Below, in pieces: positions 1 to 11,466 of a stretch of DNA of 64,000 nucleotides. Origin of the DNA: Gracilinanus agilis (lineage: Eukaryota); NCBI RefSeq assembly GCF_016433145.1, contig NC_058134.1, positions 283,761,249 through 283,825,248 of the forward strand, read 5' to 3'. Position numbers and translations under genes: made by a program. A model generated the notes under the pieces. The model saw only the letters and a program-made list of their open reading frames with translations, did not search any database and was not told the DNA's origin. Numbering within the stretch: the first letter of the stretch is position 1; each line of letters starts with the position of its first letter.

Positions 1-191
1 GCTTCTGTTCCCTTTCCTTTGGGCCGTGCCCCCATCTCCTGAAATGGATACTTCAGGGGCTCAGTGACGGGAAGTGACAGTTTAGGGGAAATTGAAGCCT
101 AGATGTATGTAACTTTGGAACAGGATTGCATGTGTGTGCGCTCGCCCACTTAGACAAACAGGGACTCAGCTATGACGACTAGGCTCTCCTC

Positions 192-680
192 TGACTCAGC
201 AGCAGCAGCAGCAGTTCCTTCCTTCCAGCTCCTAGGAGTTGTCCCTCAGATCCATACAGCAATGGAGAGGTTGACTCCATTTGGACCCTTTCCTCTCCGA
301 AGTGGAGGAGCCCAGAGGAGGTTTTAGCTCTCTGCAGAGGCTCTTCCTTCTTGAAGAACAGCCGGGAGATGGGCTCGGCTTCACTTCAGAAGGCTAGGGA
401 GGGTGACTTGCCCAACGTCCCGTTGGAAGGGAGTATGGGAGCTGCCACTCTCTTACTGGGAGCCCCAGGCAGTCTTGGAGCCAGGGGCCCCTCGGAAAGC
501 TGGAGGGGCCTCGAGGAGGCGGGCCAAAGTGGGTAGTGGGCGTTAGGGGGGCGCTCTCCGCTCTCCAGACCGGGTGACTCAGGGCCCAGCTGCTCTCGCG
601 TCACATGAGGTGGGCAGACACCCAGCGGGGGAGGGGGCAGCCGTGGCTGGAGCCGGGGCGGGGCCGCGGCGGGCGGGGCC
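192..680 (+). promoter_or_regulatory. CD63 CpG-rich promoter with ARE/AP-1, M-box/CLEAR-like and GC-box motifs
   Basis: TGACTCAGCA 192-201, TGACTCA 575-581, GTCACATGAG 600-609, GGGGCGGGGCC about 655-665 and GGGCGGGGCC 671-680. Motif matches only. Confidence 0.6.
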
Positions 681-689
681 AGAGTTGGG

Positions 690-754
690 GGTCGGAGCAA
701 AGGGAGAACAGGAACAGTTACGGGGAGAGGATCTCGGAGCGTCCGGGACCCCAG
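690..754 (+). other. CD63: Probable non-coding first exon of CD63 (5' boundary approximate)
   Basis: Strong donor CAG|GTGAGG at 755 just downstream of GC boxes. The matching acceptor CAG is at 1448-1450, 10 nt before the ATG. Confidence 0.6.
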
Positions 755-1460
755 GTGAGGCTTGTGGGCTGGAGACTGGGGGTGGGGAACATTTAGGACC
801 TGGAAGTAGTGAAGAAGTGGGGAGAGATTCACTTTCCTGGGCCTGGACGGTGCTCTCCCATCCCCCCCCTACCCATCTTCCCCCCCCCCGCACCCCTCTC
901 TGCCCTCCCGCTCCATCTACCTCCTCTCCCGACCCTCCCCTGGCTTTCGGCTGTGCGCTCCGGTCCTTTAACAACTTAACATCGAACTTCTAGGCATCGG
1001 GGCGGCCAAACTTTTTTTTGGTGGGGGGAGGCAAGGGGTGTAGAGCCATTGGGGAGGGGTGGAGGGTGGGGGGTGCCTGAGGCTGAGAGAGGGGAATACC
1101 GAGGGAGGCGATTGTGCCCTGGGAAACAGGGTGAGGCTGGGGACTTCTCGGTCTAGCCCGTTGCCAGTGGCTCAGGCCGGAGCCTCCCCTTTTTTCAGAA
1201 GTGGGGGGCGGCGGCGGTGACTGGGGAGAGGCGGGCTGGAGTTGGGTTCTTAGCTTCCCTGCCCATCAGACCCCAAGCTCGAGAGGAGGGGGCTGGGAGA
1301 CGTGGAACTGACCGCCTGTTTCCGGGTGGGAGGGGCCGGGAATGGGGGGATTGGCCGGGAAGTCCCTGTGGGCTGGGAGCCCGGAAGCCAGGGTCCCCTC
1401 CCCCACTAGCCGCTGCTGATCGCTCTCCCCTGTTTGGCTCACTCCCCCAGGCCAGCAGCC

Positions 1461-4400
1461 ATGGCAGTCGAAGGAGGAATGAAATGTGTCAAGTTTCTGC
1501 TCTATGTCTTAGTGTTGGCCTTCTGGGTAAGCGGGAGTGGCCGGGCAGGAGGTGGGAGTGGGGGGACAGGGGATAGTGGGAGTGGGCAGGGTAAGGATTG
1601 TCCTGGGGGGAGTTTTGAGGGGTAACGATCCGGATAGGTGGGATGATGGGTGATGGGGAAGGTCTGGGATGGACAGGGTGTTCCAGGTCAGAGAACCGGG
1701 GGAGGGCATCTGGAGAGTAGGAACCCCCCAAGACTTGTGCGTTGCAGCCATTTTGGTGTACCTCAGGCTCCCAGGTGCATCCACTGGCTTCCCGGGTCCC
1801 CTTGAGCTCTTCCTGTCTGGTGACCCAACTAACTGTCTGTTAGTAATGGGCAGTGGGGCAACTAGACAGCTGGCAGATACGATCTTCTGCAGGCAAGCTG
1901 CCTTCCCTGCCTCCTCAGTCTCTAACTCTTTCTGAGCCTGACAGGGAGAGAGAGGGGGGACACTTGTAGGAATTCTGATCTAGGGAGGGCCAGGCTGGAA
2001 GCTCCCTCTTGCTCACAATGCCCTGTGTGTCCCCATCTCCATGCCCTTCATTTTACTTTCTCCCAAGAGAAGGGAAGAATTCTGTTTGTTTGAAAGAGCT
2101 CCTGCCCTGCCCTCCCTTTCTCACCTGTCCTCCAACTAATCTCAATCTGGAGGCACCCAGCTAGCAAAACTGAGATGGCACTCACTGTGAGTTGTGCCAG
2201 GCCTCTTGGAGGGGCAGACCCAGAGCTCAGGGATCAAAGGGATACCTTGGGGGTTTGGCATGGGCCAGGATATTGATTTCATCACTCAAGTGAAGTCAGG
2301 AATGTATGCCTTGAGGTTAGGCTTATATCGGTTATTGCCATCATTTCTAGTTGGGCAACTGGGTCCGAGAAGAGTGCTCAGGTGAATTGCATTCAGTTCA
2401 GCAGACATCCAAGTGCCCACTATGTGCCGGGCACTGGGGATACAGCGACTCCCCTGCTTAAATGCCCACTATGTGCCAGGCACTGGGGATACAGAGACTC
2501 CCCTCCTTCCTCAAATGGAAAATCCTTGCCTTAAAGCAGTGATTCCTGGAGGGAGGAGAGCGGAGCATAGAGCGTGTACACACGGAAGTAAATTCAGAGT
2601 TATACTAAGTGATACAAAGTAGTCTGAAGAGAGAAACACAGTTAATGTGGGCCCCAGTTAGGAGAGAATCGGGAAATGCCCCGTGTTGTAGAGGGGCGAC
2701 CTGCGTTTTTCCCAGAAGGCACCTTGAAGGGATTCCTAGAGTGAGGGAGTTTCAGGGAAGTGGCGCCTGTGGGGGATGGGGGGAGAGAGTGGATGCAGGG
2801 CAGGGACTTAGCTCTTCTCCTTTTTTGGAGCCCCCTCCCAACTGCTCTTGGCCAAATGAATTGATATCTTTATTCCCCAACTATACATGTATGTATGTAT
2901 GTATGTATGTGGATATCGATGTTTCTGTGTATGCATGTGTATAAATGGAGATCTGTGCACACACACTGAGGCAGCTAGGTGGCTCAGGAGCTAGAGGGCT
3001 GGGGTCTGGAGTTGGGAAGACCTGAGTTCAAATCCAGCCTTAGACACTAGCTTTGTAACTTTGGGCAAGTCAGCCTCTTTTATTTAACCTCTTTTTGCCC
3101 ACGAGGCAGCCAGGTGCCTCAGTGGATAGAGCACTAGAGCTGGAGACAGGAACATCTGAGTTCAAATTTGGTCTCACATTCTTACTAGCTGGGTGACCCT
3201 GGGCAAGTCACTTAACATGTTTGCCTTCATCAACTGGAGAAGGAAACAGCCAACCACCCCAGTATCTTTGCCAAGAAAACTCCATGGACAGAATGTCCTC
3301 GGAGTCACAGAGTCAGACACTGCTGAACAACAACAATCCACACACAGGCACACACAAATACATCTAAAGGGTCTAGGAATATGCACGCATATATGTATGC
3401 GTAGATACACACGCACATATATATTTTGTTGTTATCATTCAGTCATCTGGTCATGTCTGACCCTTCATAGACCAGCTGTCTCAGGTGTTTTCTTGGCAAA
3501 GAGACTGGAATAGTTGTCTATTTCCATCTCCAGTTTTATGCAGGCAAGGGTTAAGTGACTTGGCCAGGGTCACACAGCTAGTAAGTCAGCCCAGTGCTTT
3601 ACCCTTTGCCATAGTAAACATAGTAAATCCTGCTATATGGTACCTCCTTTTCCACTCAGTCCACCCTGGATACAAAGGAAAGCGGTGAAGCCAAACTGAC
3701 CCTATCTCATGGCATGCACCATGCCAGGCTGCAGGACCAAGTGTGGCTCATCCGTGGCTCTCTGTAGCCGTGATTGTTCATTGAAGCATGGCTTTTGGCC
3801 GTCCTTGGTGCTTTTGTTGACGTTGTGCTGGTCACGGGATGTGCTGTTCTCTTGAATGATTTGGCTTCCTCTGCCCTAGATCACTTCTTACAAGTCTTCT
3901 GGGATTCTCTGAATTCCTGTATTGCTCTATTCTTATACTGAAACTGTTCCCCTCCAGCAGTTGGTTTAGCTCGTCTAGTCCCCATCAGTGAGTGGGAGCT
4001 CCATTAGGGTCATTAGGGTTCAGGTCCATCCAGCTTCATTAGGGTCAATGACTTGTCCAGTGTCTAACCTTGCACGGGAGCTATCTGATGCTCTTTCCAG
4101 GATCCTTCACTGCTGTGTAAGGAGGCGTGTGTCTAGTGTATTTGTATCGGGTGGGTCCATACGGGTGGCGATTTAGGGTCTGTCCCCCCACCTCCATCGT
4201 CTCACTTCCTTCTGCTCCTGAAGGCCTGCGCAGTGGGGCTGATCGCAGTGGGAGTGGCAGTCCAATTCACCTTGAACCAGACCATACCCATTGGGGCTAC
4301 AGCGGTATCTGTGGTGCCTGTTGTCATCATAGCTGTGGGCGCCTTTCTCTTCCTGGTGGCCTTCTTGGGCTGTTGTGCAACCTGTAAGGAGAACTACTGT

Positions 4401-6676
4401 CTCATGACTACGGTAAGGGGGTCCTAGAGGCAGAGGCATGACTCTGAGGAGGGGGCGATGGTAATTGTTGGGAGTAATGGGGAGATCCCAGGGAAGAGAG
4501 GACAGGGGTCTGTCACCAGGAGGGAGGAATGGAGATGATGTTGAGCCATCCCACAGCAAAGGTAGGAGCTGAGGAATAGGAACCCTCTGGGAGATGAAGA
4601 TGATGATGACAATGATGACCTGAGCAGGGCTGACCCCTAACCCGATCTGGGACTCCATCACCCCTCTTTTTCAGTTTGCCATCTTTCTGTCCCTCATTGT
4701 CCTAGTGGAGGTGGCTGCAACCATCGCTGGTTATATCTTCAGGGACAAGGTGAGTAGACCGGCATGAAGGGGATAGAGTTTGGGCGTAGGAGGGTGAGAC
4801 GGGGCTGTGGTTCCCAGAGAATTCACTGAGACCATTTTGGAGGCTGGCAAAGGGTCCATCCTCAGTGCTTCTCTTCCCCATCACCCAGGTGAAATCAGAG
4901 TTTGAAGCTGGCTTCCGGGATCAGATGAAGGAATATGAAAAAAATAACTCCACTGCAGAGTTCCTGGATGGTTTGCAGGAAGAAGTGAGTTAGTGGGTGG
5001 GCGGAGTGGTGGTGGTGGTGGTGGGAGAGAGGGCTACATCCAGAAATGACCAATACTAAAACAAAAATCATTGCTACATTTTATTTTTCTAATGTGCTTT
5101 AGGGGTGGGGGTGGGTTTCCCTAGAGAGAGGACACTAAGGGGAATGCTTTGGGGGATAGCCCAGGGGGACTCTGAACTCAGCCTCAACCAGCCCCATATT
5201 TTCTTTCTAAAACCCTCACCTTCCGTCTTGGAATCAATACTGTGTATTGGTTCCAAGGCAGAAGAGTGGTAAGGGCTAGGCAATGAGGGTTGTGACTTGC
5301 CCAGGGTCACACAGCTGGGAAGTGTCTGAGGCCATATTTGAACTCAGGACCTCCTGTCTCTAGGCCTGGCTCTCAATCCACTGAGCCTCCCATCTGCCCC
5401 TAGCCCCATCTTTTCAAGCCTTACTGCTGGCTTTTTTTTCTTTCTGTTGCTTCCAATCCCCAACATCTGGTTGTCATATTTTGTGTGTGTCATATTTTGC
5501 ATTAGGGGTAGTTTAGCAGACACAACTGAAAAATGACTGAACCACAAACCTAGGAGCAGCTGGGTGGCACAGTGCATGGAGTGTTGGGCTTGGAGTCAGG
5601 AAGACTCATCTTCCTGAGTTCAAAATCTGGTCTCAGATACTAGCTGGGCAAATTACTGGGCTGTTTGTCTCAGTTTCCTCATCTGTAAAATAATCCGGAG
5701 AAGGAAATGGCAGAGAACTCCAGTATCTGTGACAAGAAGGCCCCAATGGATTTACCAAGAATTGGACGTAACTGAAATGGCCACAGATCCACAGATCTAG
5801 AGGGCCTTCCCTCTTATTCTATCAGTCTCTTCACTAACCTTTCTCTCCATTCTAGTTCAATTGCTGTGGGGCAGCGAACTACACAGACTGGGAGCACATA
5901 CCCCTGACACCCAAGAACAGGGTCCCTGACTCTTGTTGTGTCAATGTTACCCAAGGCTGTGGAAATGGCTTCAAACCTTCGGACATTAACCAAAAAGTAG
6001 GTGGAATGGCTGGTGATTAGGGGCAAGGGTTAGCTAAAAGACTGGGGAGAAGAGGATTGGGAATTAAGGGAACTGGAGGAATTTGAGATCTCTGGAAAGT
6101 CAAGAGCTTGAAGGATTGAAGGAGGTACGTGGATAGGATCCTTACCTCAAGGAGGGTCTGGGAGATTGGGGATATAAGAAAAGAAAGTTGGTATGGGGTT
6201 GAAGAGAGCCATCAGGGACAGGAGAGTGAGAATTAGAAGAGACTTGAGACAGGAGGGACTCAGGGAAGCAAGGCTTGAGGACAGGGTTCAGATGGGCAAG
6301 ATGGCTTTGTGAAAGCCCCTCACATCTTTTCTAGGGCTGTGTGGAGGAGATTGGAAATTGGCTAAAGCAAAAAGCTTTGGTGTTGGCTGGTGCTGCACTG
6401 GGCATTACATTTGTGGAGGTGAGGGGGTACCCTGGGGTGGGGTGGAACAGAGCCTGGGCATCTTGGGAAATAAGATGCTGAGTATATTGCCATCCCTAGT
6501 TCCGGTCCGCCCAGGCTTGGCACCATTCCTTTAAAGTGGCCTTCTCTGCCCATTTCAGATTCCTTTTTCCTGCCCCACCCACTTAGTCACAGCTACTTCT
6601 TTTCTTCTAGATCTTGGGAGTTATCTTTGCCTGCTGCCTCATGAAGAGTATCCGAAGTGGCTATGAGGTGATGTAG
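1461..6676 (+). CDS. CD63: CD63 tetraspanin (LAMP-3), 238 aa, 7 coding exons
   Basis: Coding exons 1461-1526, 4224-4412, 4675-4749, 4889-4984, 5856-5996, 6335-6418, 6611-6676 (717 nt, all phase 0, GT-AG). Translation starts MAVEGGMKCVKFLLYVL, has the EC2 CCG motif (FNCCGAANYTDW) and PDSCC, and ends with the lysosomal sorting signal GYEVM-stop. Confidence 0.98.
2414..2504 (+). repeat. Tandem duplication, 49-bp period, of an L2-tail-like sequence
   Basis: tgcccactatgtgccRggcactggggatacagMgactcccct at 2414-2455 and 2463-2504 (2 mismatches). Confidence 0.9.
3105..3337 (+). mobile_element. MAR1-type CORE-SINE with RTE/BovB-derived tail
   Basis: tRNA-like head ggcagccaggtg...gttcaaat, CORE gtgaccctgggcaagtcactt, tail ggagaaggaaa...gagtcagacactgctgaacaacaac. 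Related copies or fragments at ~3430-3610 (-), ~5550-5790 (+), ~11645-11720 (-), ~60405-60660 (+). Confidence 0.7.
5206..5400 (-). mobile_element. Opossum SINE1-type tRNA SINE (representative of about 15 copies)
   Basis: Reverse complement of ggggcagatggg...cctagagacaggaggtcctgagttcaaat...gcctagcccttaccactcttctgccttggaaccaatac...ggaaggtgagggttt. Other copies or fragments at ~10616-10791(-), 17375-17510(+), 18975-19175(+), 21265-21395(-), 22150-22340(+), 22850-23000(-), 30389-30883 (nested), 34370-34515(-), 35327-35520(+), 39845-40050(-), 40393-40613(-), 47160-47345(-), 48255-48465(-), 49160-49345(-). Confidence 0.8.
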
Positions 6677-6749
6677 GGCTCCCCTGGACCCCTCACCACC
6701 TTCTCTTGGCAACAATGGAGTGGGCTATGGTGCCCTGGGTTTTTCAATT

Positions 6750-6755
6750 AATAAA
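6750..6755 (+). terminator. CD63 polyadenylation signal AATAAA
   Basis: AATAAA about 75 nt after the stop codon, followed by a U-rich tract. Confidence 0.85.
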
Positions 6756-6987
6756 CGGATTATTTTTTTTTTTCACTCTGAAAAGAAGCCAAGTGTCAGT
6801 TTATCTTTTGAGTCTCTGGCCCCTGGCCCTTTTGTTTCTCAGAATCTCTCCCTCCTCGTGCATTCTTAGGATCATAAAATTATTCAGTATTGGGAGAAAC
6901 TCTAGAGGTCAGCTCATAGGAGGCCCAGAGTGGAGTGGGGGAGTGACTTGGTCGTGATCACCCAACTCAAATTTGAGTCTGGGTCCT

Positions 6988-6993
6988 TTTATT
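6988..6993 (-). terminator. Candidate RDH5 polyadenylation signal
   Basis: TTTATT on + (AATAAA on -). It is the only canonical hexamer I found between the RDH5 stop and the CD63 3' end, and implies a 3'UTR of about 1 kb. Confidence 0.4.
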
Positions 6994-7966
6994 TCTCCAG
7001 TGGTCCTTCTAGACCTATGTTGGTGAACCTATGGCTTGCATGCTGGAGGGGGATGCTTCCTTCCCTCTTTCCACCATGCCTGAGGACATTTCTCACTTCA
7101 CCTGCCCCTCTGCCCAGTACCCAGTGGGAGTGCTTCCTCCCTCCTGTCTGGGGTAAGGTGGCTCACATGCATGTGAGGGTGCAGTTTGGGCACTTAGTCT
7201 CAAAGGTTTGCCATCACTACCCTAGACCATGATGCCACCCTTCTCTTTTATCTTCTCCTTCATCTCCATGGCCTTTTCCTCATGTGTCCACATCTGGTGT
7301 TTCCCCTCTGCTCACAGTACTATCTGCTTCATTTCCTCACACTCAGTCCCACAGCCTGCCATCTTGGTAGTTAAGGGAAAGTTGGTTTGGAGAAGCCAGG
7401 ACTCTAATTGGGGGGCAGTGAGGTGAGTTGTAAACAGCCAGGAATGGAAAGGGGAGTTAAGAACCTATAGGGGTCTAGGGCCTGTCACCAAGGATGCCCA
7501 TCTTCCTATAAGCCTGTGGCATCATGATTAGGCTGTGCCCTGGGCTGAAACACTGAGGAAGTGACGTGCAAAAGTTCTGGGTATGCCCTTTGGAGCTCCC
7601 TGAACAAAGCATCCTTACCTTCCTTTTACTGCCCCCTCCCAAGCCAGCCTTGATGGCTGTCCTGCTTCACAGGTACCAGGGAAGAATGGCTTGGGGAGAT
7701 GGTGGTGCTGGAGAAAGGCTGAGGAGACCTGACAAAGGTGACACCTGGTGGTGGCCTCATGAAGTGCACCCTACTGAGCCCACAAGAACGCTTTCAGCCC
7801 TGGGAAGGGTGTATCTGGAGCTCCCTCTGGTGGCCACTTGTTTTATGGTAGCCTTTTGTAGAAAGGAAATTGTTAGGGGAAGGGATCCTGGGAAAGGGGG
7901 CAGTGATTAGTCTAGTAGAGTGCTCGCTTCCCATCCTCTGCCTCAGTTTCCTCCAGCTGAATGGGT

Positions 7967-10145
7967 TCAGCAGACCATCTGGGCAGGTTTAGGAAGAACA
8001 CAATTGAGTACAGCATCGACCAGGCTGGCGGGCAGGTAGGAGGCGGGCAGCCAGAGCAACTTGGCATCCCATCCAGGGCTGTATCTCGTCCGGGGGTAGC
8101 GGGCTGTTAGCGCGTGCTCCAGGCAGCTGCTCACCTTGCCCAGGTCGCCGTCACAGATCAGATTCATGATGAGCCGCTGCACCTTCAGGTCTGGGGAAGG
8201 AAGTGGAAATCAGGTGTTCTTCCCTCCAGTCTCTCCTCCCCAGTTTTCATCTTCTTCCCCTCCTCCTCAACTTAGTTGTCGTCTCGGGGGAAAGAGGCGT
8301 GTTCAAGCTTGGGTAAGCATCGCCATCCCTTCCAGAGCCTCGGGCCCTCTTTCTTCCTTCCTTGGCATCTCCTTTGCCTTTCCTGTTCATCTCCAGGAGG
8401 CTGAAGCTTGAGCCACGTTCTTCCTCCCTCCCTCTTTCCCTTATTGCGAGGAGATCACAGGCCGCCTCCTGGCCACTTTATTTGGATAGGGGACACCCTG
8501 CTCCTCTGCCTGAGGGAGGCATTCTACCCCACCCTCTTCATCTCCCTTGTCCAGAAGAGGCTCTTTGCACCCTCGGCTCCGACTACTCACACTTGGGGAG
8601 AAAGCTGTCCCCGTAGCTGGCTTGGGTGGCAGGAGGTAAGCGCTCCCAGGAGGCTTGAAGGGCTCCCTCCACACTCTCCAAACTGGTCACAGATGTGCGG
8701 AAGAAGCCTGGTTCCACGATAGAGACCCGTACCCCAAAGGGAGCAATGTCCCGCCTGAAGTGTGGGATAGCGGGAAACAGAGATTTCCCCCTGGGTTCTT
8801 GTCCCATGAGGGCAATCCCCTAAAAGTTACAGGTGACAGATGGGAAGGGGGATACAGCTGGGGTCTCCCTGACCTACGAACTGGAATGAGGAGCTACAGT
8901 GGGCCTGGGCTCCTTGAATTCTGTGGATGGCATATCCTCCAGCCTCCGAGATAGTTAGAGACTTGGGGCTCATTTACCCTCCTATACTCCAGCTTGTGCT
9001 GGGTCCCTGGATGAGTAGCAAAAAGACTTTGGGCACTCCCAGTCTGGAGGAGGAGATGGGACCCATGTGTAGGGCGGGGACATAACAGGTGAGTGAGTCC
9101 TGCAGCTTGGCCAGGAGCGAGGGCAGGCTTGGAATAACGGGGCGATCTGGGTGTCCCATTATCCCGTTGGGTCCCCCTTCCCCCTCACCGTAGGCTGTCA
9201 GAAAAGGCCTCCAGACCAAATTTGGAGACACAGTAGCCACCCCCGTTGGCAGCCAGCCGGCCCAGGACGCTGGTGATGTTGACGATCCGCCCCTGGGCCT
9301 GTTTCAGGCAGGGGAGCAGGGCCAGGGTGACGCCGATGGGCCCCAGCGTGTTCACTTCCAGCACCTTGCGGTAATCCTCCAGGGTCAGCCAGGGCGTAGG
9401 TCCGATGATCCCAGCCACCCCCGCGTTATTCACCAGCCCAAAGAGCCCTGTTGGCATTGGGGGCGGGAATGAGAACGGAGGCTCCCCCGGCCCTCTGAGA
9501 GCGGGAAGGCCCCTTCTCCAGTTGGGTAACCATTCAATGCCGCTGTGCCGAGCGCTGGGCTACCTCGTGGGGAAGCAGCTTAGAGAAGCTGCCGGGGCCT
9601 AGCTCAGGGCCTGACACAGGAGTAACACATACACTAACCCGACCACGACTCTGGGGAGTCACCGAAGATGCTTAAGTGCATACGATGCACCACGGACCAG
9701 GGAAAGGCGGGCTGCATCCCATTCCCTTACTCTGAAGCCTGGGGTCGGGGGCTGGGGGGACCGTCCTGCAGGGAGGGGGACACGGCTCTCGTGCCACTGG
9801 CATCTCTCGTGCCCCGTTTCTGGCTCCCCACTCACCTTTTTTCCCCACGAGAGTCCCCACCCACTCGGCCACTCGCTGGATGTTTTGGGGGTCGGTGACA
9901 TCCAGCAGAGTGGTGCAGAGCCGAGGAGAAGCGGCTCGCTTCAAGTTCTCTGCCCCCAAGGGTGTCAGGCAAGCGGCCAGAACTCGGAAGCCTCGTCTGT
10001 CCAGCCGTAGCGCCAGGTGCCGGCCGAAGCCCGAGTCGCAGCCGGTGATGAAGACGAAGGCGTCAGCGGGGGGCAGGACCAGGCGGTCTCGGAGGAGCCA
10101 CAGGCCGCCCCACAGCAGGGCACCGAGGAGCAGGAGCAGCCACAT
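7967..10145 (-). CDS. RDH5: 11-cis retinol dehydrogenase 5 (SDR9C5), 318 aa, 4 coding exons
   Basis: Coding exons (minus) 10145-9836, 9447-9189, 8754-8591, 8190-7967 = 957 nt with consistent phases. Contains TGCDSGFG (NAD binding), LVNNAG, catalytic YCVSK and C-terminal [19 protein letters not shown]. Confidence 0.98.
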
Positions 10146-11430
10146 GGTGCCTCGAGCTGAGGAGCCAAGCGCAGATGCGGGCTAGCTTCCCCCCAGGGTC
10201 CCTGCTCTCCTTTCCCCATCTGGGTTCTGCCACTGTCCCCGGCAGTATCTTGGGGCGTTCAGGGGGGCATCGAAGAGGAAGAGAGAGCTGTGCAGAGCTC
10301 CCGGCTGGCCGAAGCCCTCAGAAGAGCCGTATTTGCCGGAGATCTCCCTGAGAGGATGGGGTGGGAATCTGAACTTCACTGGGCATCGCCCGAGGAGACA
10401 GCCAGGGCTACCGCCCCACGGATGTGCCCTCCTCCCAGGCTTTATTTTACTTGTTAGCCCTCGCCCGCCGTCTGAGAATGATACTAAGCAGAGGAGTGGT
10501 AAGGGCCAGGCAATGGGGCTCACCCAGCTAGGAGGCCTCTAAGGTCCAATTTGAGCCCCGTCCTGCATTCTATTCACTGGGCTGCCCCCACCTGTAGTCT
10601 TTATTTGTTCCCTTTAAACCCACAGCTTCCCAGGTAGAATCACTACTGTGTAACGGCTCCAGGCAGAAGAGCGGTAAGGGCTAGGCAACGGGGTTAAGGG
10701 ACTTGCCCAGGGTCACACGGCTGGGAAGTGTCTGAGGCCACATTTGAACTCAGAGCCTCCTGTCTCCAGGCCTAACTTTAATCCAGCTGCCACCCTATCC
10801 CCGGCCCCCGCCCAGTCCCCTCCCCCAGTCTTTAAGTTTAACCTGGGTCTTAGGCTGAAATTTGGCCAGGCCTTCTGAGCTAGGAATCAGGAGGCCTGGG
10901 TTCTAGTCCCAGCTGCTGCCCAGCCCTTCCTGCTCTTCTGCTTTGGATCCGACACCCAGTATGGATTCTAAGCTGGGGGGTGAGGGCTTAAATGAAGAAC
11001 GGGGTATGCACGTACCCAGAAACCCTTTGGGAATCGCCTCTGCCCACAGCTCACCTGCAGGATCCGTCCTCACGGCTCTGCCCCATGCACTCCCCTGCTC
11101 GGTCTGGGGCTCTGGCCCTCCCCCTGCCCTGCCTGGCTCCTCTGGCTCAGGGTTCAAAGTCTGGAGGGAGGAGACTGGGCAGCCGGGCAACAGGCGCGGG
11201 CTAAACCCCATTGTGGCAGCTGAGCCTAATCCCAGCCCAGGATCATTCCCTGCCATTGGGGAGGCTCAGTGGCTCCAGGCCAGCCCCCGTGCCCATCCCT
11301 CCCTCCTCACCCCACCCAGCTCAGGGCTTGGGTGCTCGGCGAGGCGTCGGGGCGAGCTAGAGCCACCCCTAGGAGCCCCCAGCGCGGCAGCCCCTGCAGA
11401 CACAGGCCAGGCGTGCTGGGACGTTGGGGC

Positions 11431-11436
11431 TTTATT
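11431..11436 (-). terminator. BLOC1S1 polyadenylation signal AATAAA
   Basis: TTTATT on +, 30 nt beyond the stop codon, so the 3'UTR is very short. Confidence 0.85.
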
Positions 11437-11466
11437 GAGGGTCTGGCCCGGGTCCCTGCCCAGGGT

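Noticed and set aside
351-993. Several 60-150-aa ORFs on both strands, possibly a GDF11 start or a new gene
   Set aside because: Pro/Gly/Ala-rich translations typical of a CpG island, with no similarity to GDF11 or any family I recognise.
600-1460. Iron-responsive element reported for the human CD63 5'UTR
   Set aside because: The only CAGTG here (1165-1169) lacks a 5-bp upper stem and C bulge and lies in the probable intron. I found no canonical IRE, but cannot exclude a non-canonical one without SIREs.
10481-10560. RDH5 non-coding exon 1 with donor at 10522-10523 and nearby OTX2/CRX TAATCC sites (10779, 11227)
   Set aside because: Plausible, but supported only by short motifs, one of them inside a SINE. 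Not firm enough to call.
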